DNA of 60,985 nucleotides, counting the filler, from Xylographa opegraphella (taxonomy: Eukaryota), in assembly GCA_022813865.1 (NCBI GenBank). It is 5 parts of 5 records of this genome, joined end to end, with 100 filler letters (N's around TTAATTAATTAA, not from the genome) between each part and the next. Parts side by side here need not be neighbours in the genome. Positions count along the whole stretch, not along the records: positions 49,248 to 60,985 come from JALDZX010000169.1; 4 more parts are not named here. One strand, given 5' to 3'. Numbering within the stretch: position 1 is the first letter of the stretch; each line of letters opens with the position of its first letter. Of the stretch, positions 52,301 through 60,985 are shown piece by piece. Both the position numbers and the translations under genes were made by a program. The notes under the pieces were generated by a model. That model did not search any database and was not told the DNA's origin. It worked only from the letters and a program-made list of their open reading frames with translations.

Positions 52301-53938
52301 ATTTATGTATGAATTCTTTTTTCAGGCTTTTATTAATATACTTACAAAGCTTCTGAAATTCTTTTTTTAACATGTTGTATATAAATTCCAATATTGGCAC
52401 CTTTCCTGGTTCGAGATTAATTTTACAGTCCCAAGATTGATGCTTAAATAAAGCATTAAATCCTTCCTTTTTCTAAAAAAGCCATGTTCATGCTTTATAT
52501 TTTTCAGGGATGTCAAGAGGTGCGTCGCTTTTTTTTAAACTTTGATTTAATTCGCCCTGCTGATTTTTATTAATGCGTATGGAGTCGAACTCTCGAGCGA
52601 GATCGTTTTTATTCGAAAATAAAAAATTTATAATCTCGATTGATTTTCGATTTTTTTTATATTTATTATCGTTCTCTGTCGATGCATAAAATATATATTA
52701 ATAACGCGATTGATATATTTTTTGATAAGTACTCCTTTATCCTAGTTTAGAGATATATTGTGCTTGATTTATCAAGATAAGTTTAAAATAATATAGTACT
52801 TGGCCATGATAATTATATTAAAGACTATATTCTTATAATGTTAATAAATAGCGACAGGAAGCGATTTTATATATTATTCTGTTTCCTTTCTTGATAACCC
52901 GTAGACCATTATTATTTAAATTTATTTTAAAGTCGTTGATTCGAAGCCACAGCTATTCGCGAAAATACTGAATATATAATTCGAATTGGCTTTAATATTT
53001 AATAATGCGATTATTCGATAATCGTTTATTATAATCGAAATCTTTGTAAAATTTATACAGTCTTGTTCTTTCCAGTATGTTTTAAAGTATATTATATTAA
53101 TCTTTATATATTTCCCCTTAATATATAAAATTATTCTTTTCCCTGTTCGAGGTAGCCGTGAATTTCTTTGATTTCTATGTATATTACACATTTTCCATAG
53201 AAATATCATTGCCATAACGAATTTTTATAGTCGTTTTTTTTGAACGGGTTTCGTATATCATTAAATTACAACAGAATTCTTGCGTATATTCTGAAAAGTT
53301 TGAATATTTTCGTTTTTCTTTTAAATGCCAAGGGCATTTATTCTTAAAATATTTATCCCAAACCTGAGTTCCACAGCAGGCTTTGCCTGTGCGGCCATTA
53401 TATTTATAATTTCTTTAGTAAATAATATAATAAACGCTTGTGCAAGCGCTATAGTGTATTATATAATAACGTAAATATTCTAAATTTATTTAATAATTCT
53501 AATTCCCCTTTTCTGTATATTTCGACATTTTTGACTCGACAGTTTCTTTGTAAATTCAATTATCGGGATTATTTAACTCGATTTCTTATTCCTTAAGATT
53601 TTTTTTGATTTACAGACTGTTAATATTCTTTTATTATTTTCTGTAACACTTGGGGGTAGGTTTGGTCGTTCTCCTGATACAGTTACTTGAAAAATATTTA
53701 AAGTGTTACGATTCTGCTTCTCACTAGTATAATTCGATTAGGGATCTGGGTTGAATTCGTTAATAAATAAATAAAAAGATATAATAACAATTTAATAATT
53801 CTTTAAAAGTAATAATTTTCGTATAAAGTGTTTGTATTGAAATTTACTATTTTAAAATTATAACATGAGTTGAATACGCCTTTTACAATAAAGGAAATCC
53901 TTTGCTTTATATAAAAATCCTGTTTTAAAGTGCCTTCC
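49310..53938 (-). mobile_element. Near full-length Gypsy chromovirus-like element, family C, RIP-inactivated (5' LTR part 53704-53938)
   Basis: Protease-like [55 protein letters not shown] (YxDD to YLDN); RNase H; integrase zinc finger GHPG; rve; chromodomain-like YLVK*KKYP..NT*EP near 49800-49850. Confidence 0.93.
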
Positions 53939-53953
53939 TGTTACGATCCTGCC

Positions 53954-54201
53954 TGTAACGGCGTGTTACATGGCACCTTAACAAGTGATAGACGGAACGG
54001 GACTAAAGCGCGTCCGGNNNNNNNNNNNNNNNNNNNNNNNNNNNNNNNNNNNNNNNNNNNNNNNNNNNNNNNNNNNNNNNNNTTATTTTAACTTCTACGT
54101 GTATTACTAAACTTGCTTCCTTATATTATTCTAGGTTGAAATCGCTCATCTATAGCTGTGGTTCTAGGCCTGCTCTTCTGGTGAGATAGCGAGCCGTAAC
54201 A
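53954..54201 (+). mobile_element. LTR family B (spans an N gap), next to a 15-bp stub of another family C LTR (53939-53953)
   Basis: TGTAACGG...GCCGTAACA; the start matches 25096. Confidence 0.8.
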
Positions 54202-55102
54202 CTATTGCAGCACCAGTTTTTATTAACTTATTTTTTATCGAGTCTTTAAGTCCCTTACGGTATATTACAATCAAAGTATTATTATTTTATTTAATTTAAA
54301 TCGCAAACTGCTGGAATCGAGTTAAATATTCTGCGCAAGATTTTTTTTGTCTGAGATGCTATATAATTTATATTGCCGTGTTTTTTTTGTTTAATGGTTC
54401 AAAAACTCTTCGAATTTTGACCTTGAACGTTGCAAAGCTTTTTAACCACCTGGAGTCTTCGTTGTCAGGGTCTTCGAGATGTTTTTTAAAATAAAGGGTA
54501 ACCCATTTCTAAGCTTGTCCTCGCATGTACGTAATAGCGAAAAGTAATTTCTTTAACTCTGGGATACTGTTCCCTTGAAACCTAAAAAACAGGTTTATTT
54601 ACATGAGCGAGTCCTTTAAATAGTCTCTATTTTCTTTATATTTATTAGGTCTCTTTACCTTAACGCGATCATTTTCTCCTGTGGTATTTTTTTTATTGCC
54701 TTCTGCAACATTTAAGGGTAAATTTAGTCGTGCTCCTAATACGCTTATTTTAAAAATGTTCAAAGTATTACGATCCTGCTTCTTACTAATATAATTCGAT
54801 TAAGGATCTGGGTTGAATTCGTCAATAAATAAATAGGAAGGCACGGTAACAATTTAATTATTTTTTAAAAGTAATAGTTTTCGTACAAGGGGTTTATATT
54901 GAAGTTTATTATTCTACGATCATAATATAAGTTGAATACGCCTTTTACAGTAAAAAGATTCTTCGCTTTATATAAAAGTCCTGTTTTAAAATATTTTTTA
55001 TGCCTCCCATGCCTTCGTGGACGAGGCCATGAAGGCAACGGAGGCATCGGGTCATAGTTTCCCCGATCCCTGTTCCACACAGTATTGGTCAGAACCTTAT
55101 CA
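54202..55102 (-). mobile_element. Gypsy family C: 5' LTR (54766-55102) plus gag start
   Basis: LTR reverse complement TGATAAGGTTCTG...GGATCGTAATA with internal TATATAAA; followed by the same leader as at 53703 and gag-like KVKRPNKY..FAITYMRGQA. Confidence 0.88.
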
Positions 55103-56560
55103 TTTAGCGAGATTATTATAATTTTATATAATAAATTTATCGCTTTATTTAACAAAATTACTGCGATTTCGTTTAGCAAATTATTTACTTTATTTAATAA
55201 AATCGCAATTTTTAAAAATAAAAAAAACGCAACGTAAAAAACCCCGACAATTTTAAGTAAAATATATAAATTTGTAATTTTAATTTTTAAAAAAACAAAG
55301 AAAAAGCTATAATCGAAGAAAATTTCGAAATTTAAATTTATCGTTTTTTTATTTAATAAAAAAAGCCGTAGTTTCTTCAAGTTAGTCAAAGGAAATATTA
55401 ACTCGATTTTACAAAAATAAATAAAAAACGATCGAAAAAAACATCGAAGTTGAAAGAAGCGTAAATACGAATAATTTATCGCGAAAACGAAAAATGTTTT
55501 ATAATAAAAAATCGGTAATAACGCAGTCGTTTAATAATTTATTAAATAAAAAATAAAATTTATTATTTTTAAAGGCCAATTTTAAATTAAATTAATTCCT
55601 TAAAAAATATTGATTTTAGAAGAATTTACGATCGATATAACAAATTATAAATAAAAAATAGCGAAATTGAAAGTAAAAATAAAAGTCAGCTCGAATTTTT
55701 AGTAATTTTTAACGAATCCCTTTATTTTTAAAGTATTTTATAGTTTAATAACCGTTAACAATACAGAAAATCTTTATAATATTCATAATTTTATGGAACT
55801 TTTTAATAAAAAATTTAAATTTTAAAAATTTCCGCTTTTTTTATCAGCCGTATTAAATTTTTTAATTAAAACGTTTGTTTTAATAAATTCGATGCTTTTA
55901 TAAAATAAACGATAATAAACTCGTGTATTTACATACGATTAGCGTCGTTAATAAAAAAAATTGCGAATTATAATAAAAAAAAGTTAATTCGCTAAAAAAA
56001 AAATTAAATTAAAAAATTATTAAGAGATAAAAAACGAACGGGGTTCAAAGCAGTAAAAATATCATTATATTTAAAAAGGGGAAAGAACTGTAGTAAATTC
56101 GAAGCGCGTTTTTCAAATAGCTTCAAATTTAAAGCTTTTTTCTTTATATATTTTTATAAAGCGATAAAGCAGCAGAGTCAAAACGGCGGTTAATTTATTT
56201 TTATTTTTATTTTTTACTTTTTATCGAACGAATAATAACTTTATTTAGTAAAAACTTGATTTAACTGCGATTTCGATTTATTTTTTTATTTATTTTTTTA
56301 TTTATTTATTTTATTTATTTTTTTATTTATTTTTTTATTTATTTTTTTATTTATTTTTTTTATTTATTTTTTATTTATTTTTTTATTTATTTTTTTATTT
56401 ATTTTGTTATTTATTTTTTTATTTATTTTTTTAATTTATTTTTTTATTTATTTCTTTATTTATTTAACTAAACTGCTGCGAATTTCCTACGAGTTTTTTT
56501 ACATTAATGGCGCAGTATTTCCGCTTCGATCAGTACAATATTCTTTTTTTAAATTTAGCT
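55103..56560. mobile_element. RIP-degraded relic with a (TTTA/TTTT)n tract at 56278-56465
   Basis: Very AT-rich with CpG retention; simple-sequence tract. Confidence 0.65.
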
Positions 56561-56670
56561 CCAGGAGATCTTGGCTTTCCACACGCTGTATATTGAGCGA
56601 GAGGTCCCCTCACGCTGGATCACCTGGTTGTGCATCAAATCTAGAATATGCCTGAGTTTTGCCCTTGGTT

Positions 56671-57774
56671 ATGCTAAAACTCAAAGGAAGATACTCCATT
56701 GTGGCGCAGATTGGCCAGTCCCCACCGCTCGAGTTCCCAGGAAGCGTAGATGATTCTTGGCTCAACAACAAGGTGATCGTTATCACCGGCGGCGCCAGCG
56801 GGTTCGGCGAGGGTTGGGTTCGCCGCTGGGCAGCCGCTGGAGCATGCGTTGTATTCGGCGACATCAATGTCCCCAGAGGAACCAAGCTTACCGAGCACGT
56901 CAGAGCAGAAACGAAGAATGAGCACGTTCACTTTCGTTATTGCGATGTCACCAGTTGGCCATCCCAAGTGGAGCTCTTCAAGGAAGCCATTAGGCTCAGC
57001 CCGCACGGCGGTATCGACGCCGTAGTTGCAAATGCTGGTATCGCCGACTCCAAGCTCGAGCTGGAGAATCCGAAGAACCTTGACGCGGACGATCCTCCCC
57101 CCCCCAATCTTGACTGCCTGGACGTCGATTTGATCGGAGTGATCTACACCACACATCTCGCCATTTTCTACCTACAGCATAACCCTGGTTCAGCTCCCGC
57201 GAGTTATACCACCGATCCTACCCGGTTGCTCCGTGACCGCCACCTTCTTCTCATAGGTTCTGCGGCCAGTTTCAGTCCTATCCCGTCTCAGGCCCTATAT
57301 GGCGCATCCAAGCATGCAGTAATGGGTCTATATCGGTGCCTCCGCTCTTCTATCTTCGTACACGGGATCCGCATAAACCTACTATGCCCGTACTTTGTTG
57401 ACACGCCACTATTGACTGCGTCCGGGCGCGCTCTCCTTGCTGGAGCATCAGTCGGTACCGCTGAGGATGTGGTCGAAGCCGGATCAAGGTTCATGGCAGA
57501 CCCGAGGATTGTAGGGCGAGCTGTGAGCATTGGCCCGAAACTGAGAATTGAGGAGGATGAGAGTGGGGAATATGTGCTGACACAGAAGAGGGAAGTCGCG
57601 CCAAAGGCGATCTGGGAGATATATGCAATGGACTTTGAGGATACGGAGGTTTTCCAGCGGAGGATTGTGGGGATATTGAACCGAGCTTTGGAGTTTAGAG
57701 GCTGGATTGGGTGGGGAAGTGATATGATGGGTGCGATGAGCTACCGATTGAAAGGGCTGTGGCGGGGATCATGA
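56671..57774 (+). CDS. Short-chain dehydrogenase/reductase (classical SDR)
   Basis: VIVITGGASGFG, CDVTSW, VVANAGI, catalytic YGASK, INLLCPYFVDTP; first in-frame ATG at 56671, start uncertain. Confidence 0.92.
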   Translation: MLKLKGRYSIVAQIGQSPPLEFPGSVDDSWLNNKVIVITGGASGFGEGWVRRWAAAGACVVFGDINVPRGTKLTEHVRAETKNEHVHFRYCDVTSWPSQVELFKEAIRLSPHGGIDAVVANAGIADSKLELENPKNLDADDPPPPNLDCLDVDLIGVIYTTHLAIFYLQHNPGSAPASYTTDPTRLLRDRHLLLIGSAASFSPIPSQALYGASKHAVMGLYRCLRSSIFVHGIRINLLCPYFVDTPLLTASGRALLAGASVGTAEDVVEAGSRFMADPRIVGRAVSIGPKLRIEEDESGEYVLTQKREVAPKAIWEIYAMDFEDTEVFQRRIVGILNRALEFRGWIGWGSDMMGAMSYRLKGLWRGS

Positions 57775-58179
57775 AAATGATTCTATTGCTATTGCAACTG
57801 CAAAAGCTCTAAAGTGCTCAGCAGAATACGTGGAAGTAGCTACATAATATCGTACACGTCAGAGATCCACATGGATGAGCATCAAGGTAGAAAGCAGTGG
57901 ACAATATCCTGGGCAATCTTATATGAGAGGGCAAGTTGTTAGATAGCTGGGCATCGTTGAGACCAGTTCTTCCTTACCATCTCCCGCGTCCTCTTTTTTG
58001 TAGTCAAAGGACGTCGTACAATGATTATTTGGGACTTGTATCACGAACGGTAGCTAGTCTGAAATAGGCAAATAACCACAGAGCGGAACAATCTGCTCCA
58101 CGATTCGTTGGATCAAAGCTTACTCCGTATCGAGCCGTGAGGTGCAAATATTCAGTCACTCTCGAGGATTTAGCCATTT

Positions 58180-60925
58180 TTGAAACATTATTATTTTAAT
58201 TATTAGATTGTTTTACAGCCACGTATAATAATTACAATGTAAATAAAGAAATTCAATAATCGAATCGTGATTTATATATAATAAATATAATGAATTATTA
58301 ATTCGAAATATTCGTTGTGTAATTAATATACGTGAATATTATATTCAAAAAATCGCTTAAAATTCAATATATAATCGCGATATAAATATTAAAAACGATA
58401 AAAATGTATTATTTACTCTCGTTATCTTTTTCATTTTCAAGTTCAAAATGATTAAAATTTTTAAACGTTAAAAATGTAAAATTGAATTTATTAAAAATGA
58501 GTAAAATATTCGAGACGTAAACCTGAATATATCTATATTAATTTTAACAAAAATATTCTAAAGAAAATAAAAAAAAAAAAACCTCGCAAAGTTTTTATTT
58601 ATTTGTTAATATTTTTAAACAATTATATTCGTTTTGGAATTTTTTTTATTTTTTAAAAACTCGAGTTTATAAAATTTTATTTTTAATATTTTTATTATAT
58701 TAAAGTGCTAAAATTTATTACGTAAATAAATTTATTATCGAATAATAAATTGATTATTAAATGGCAAAATATTTGTTAATAAAAAATAATTACATATAAA
58801 ATAAAACAAATTCTTGAAATATAATTATATTATAATTATATCAGCAAAAAGAATTCTTGTTTAAAATTCAAAATTTTACAGGGCGATCAAAAAGTACATT
58901 TTTTTGCGTATTTAATATATTCGAAACCTTCAGTACATTTAGCAAAAAAAATTATTTTTAACTTTTTTAATAAATATTTTTTATATTTAAAATATATTTA
59001 TAATACGTTTTTAATACGTTTTTAAAATTTAGTTAGAAATAATAAATTATAAAATAAATTGAAATGAATCAGTGAAATCAAAATGATAAAATCAATATTT
59101 TATTGAATTATTTATCAAAATGCGTAAGAAAATTATTTTTTATAAATTTTTTTTATATACGGTTACGCTAGTTTAATGATTATATTAAATTAATAATGAT
59201 ATTAAATTACTAATTACGTTAATTTAATAACAGGCTAGCGTTAATATTGCTTTTGAATAATATAAAAAGTATTTTATTAAACGACGCTATTTTTAATATT
59301 TTTCTTCGATATTTATTAAATCGTTAGTTTTTATTACTTAAAAAATTTAATTAAATAATAAGCCTTTTCAAACTAAATTTAAATTGTGGCTTAATTAATT
59401 TATTTGTAATTATATTTTACGTGGGTACGAAATTATTTTAATTTTAATTTTTTTAATAAAATTTCCTAATGAAATAATAAACAACGTTAATATACTTCGA
59501 TTTTTTATAAATGTAAACGTTTTTAATCAGCTTTAATAATGCCTGATTATTATTTTTAGCTGCATCGACGAGTTTTTAAATATTAATTATTTTTATGTTA
59601 TTAATATTATTTGGTTCGATATTTAAATATTTACTGCAGTCAAAATTTTCAAATAACTATATAATTTGATATTTTTTTTCGCGCAGTTCGATAAAGTTAT
59701 ATACTAAATTTTGATATTTAAAATAAATATCGATTTTTATTTTTAATTTATTTAAGCGATTGACTTTTCGCTAAATATATATACGTATTAAAAAATAATA
59801 TTTTTATTTTATTTATTTATCGCGTAATTATAATAGAAGTAATTAATAAAATCAAAAAAATTATCATCATTGTAAAGTATTTCAGAATTAATCGTTAATC
59901 GAACGTAACGAAATAAAGTTTTTAGTACGCGATTATAGTACTTTATAAAATTATTATATTTTTATTTTTATTTTTTAAAGTAAAAAACGATATTAAAACG
60001 CGTATATTTAATCGCGTATATTAAATTTTTAATTACTTATTAATATTCGTATGAATTAATTCTTTTGTTTTTTAAGCCGGTTAATTAAAACAAATTATAA
60101 TCGTTTGTTATAATTTCTACTGCTTTATATTTCTTGATTTTTACATAGAATTTTACGAGATTCTTTTTTAAATAATAAATTTAATTTAAATCAATTAAGC
60201 GATTTTTTCTATGACGCGTATTTTAAATACTTAAGATTTTTTAATTTTCTGTTAAATTTTTACTCTTCAAAAGTTTCGCGAACTTTATTTTAAATTATTC
60301 AATTTTAATGTTACGAAAGACTGTAATTTTAATATCGTTTACGTGTCATAATAGTTAAATCTTTTATTAAAATAAACTAATAAATAAAAATTAACGTTAT
60401 ATCGCCTAAAATCGATTCGTTCGAGATTTTAACTAGAACGTTTATATTAATTACGAATTGTTTATTTCAAATCGTAAAGATTTTGCCATATTTTTAAATA
60501 ATATTCTGACTTGATTTTAATTCTCGATAAGAACGATATATAAATCTTTTTTAAAAAGAATTCAATAAAAACGTTATTAACGTTTATTTAATTATATTTT
60601 CAATTCTTTATAATAATCAACGCGAAAAAAACGAAATATATCGTATTTGATTATTAAAACAAAGGTATTTTCGTAATTTTACGCCGTATTTTTAAAATAA
60701 TATTTTTATTATAATACGAACATTAAATTTATTTAATAAATCGTTAACGTAAAATTTCGATTTCAATATTTATTTATTTACAACGATATTGACATTTTTT
60801 TATAAAAGTTTTTTTTAAGTTTCGTTAAATATAAATAAAACAATTTTCGCGTTTACGACTTTTTTTCAAAGCATTTTTTATTTCGAATTATTAATTGTTT
60901 TTTTATACGTTAATAAAATAAAAAC
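58180..60925. mobile_element. RIP-degraded AT-rich repeat block
   Basis: Very AT-rich with CpG retention; no ORFs. Confidence 0.7.
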
Positions 60926-60985
60926 TGTTAGAAATAGAGTCCCGGCCTGCCTGCAGGATAGCGAGAGCTCGGGCCGCCGTAGGCC
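60926..60985 (+). mobile_element. Probable LTR start at window end
   Basis: Abrupt GC-rich stretch beginning TGTTAG after an A-rich, possibly RIPped PPT; no second copy in the window. Confidence 0.45.

Noticed and set aside
53949..54206. CTGCC/CTATT as a RIPped TSD of LTR B
   Set aside because: Three of five bases differ, the two flanks are not contiguous host sequence, and an N gap intervenes.
29471..57774. Triterpene cluster of ERG7, methyltransferase and SDR
   Set aside because: The SDR is on a different contig. ERG7 looks like the housekeeping enzyme, and no P450 or other tailoring genes are adjacent.

Overview
Eukaryotic DNA from a filamentous ascomycete (Pezizomycotina-type short GT..CTRAY..AG introns, intron-containing tRNA). 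GC-balanced gene islands alternate with very AT-rich transposon blocks degraded by RIP (repeat-induced point mutation). The window is not one locus. It is five contigs (1-12975, 13076-25167, 25268-37285, 37386-49147, 49248-60985) of decreasing length, joined by identical N44-TTAATTAATTAA-N44 spacers. Genes: ureidoglycolate lyase ending in SKL, an F-box/LRR gene with one in-frame TGA, a head-to-head POL32/RAD18 pair, CHMP7-like and TRS85 genes, lanosterol synthase ERG7, tRNA-Phe(GAA), a SAM methyltransferase, an SDR and three hypothetical genes. Repeats: nested Ty3/Gypsy (chromovirus-like) elements, solo LTRs with 5-bp TSDs, and pogo/Fot1-type DNA transposons. Best leads: (1) an antisense Zn(II)2Cys6 + coiled-coil accessory ORF in three Gypsy copies from at least two LTR families, reconstructed by comparing RIP-mutated copies; (2) the in-frame TGA-C in an otherwise intact F-box gene; (3) a 133-bp bidirectional promoter with MCB motifs shared by POL32 and RAD18. 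Calls rest on motif recognition by eye; no database searches were run, so novelty is unverified.
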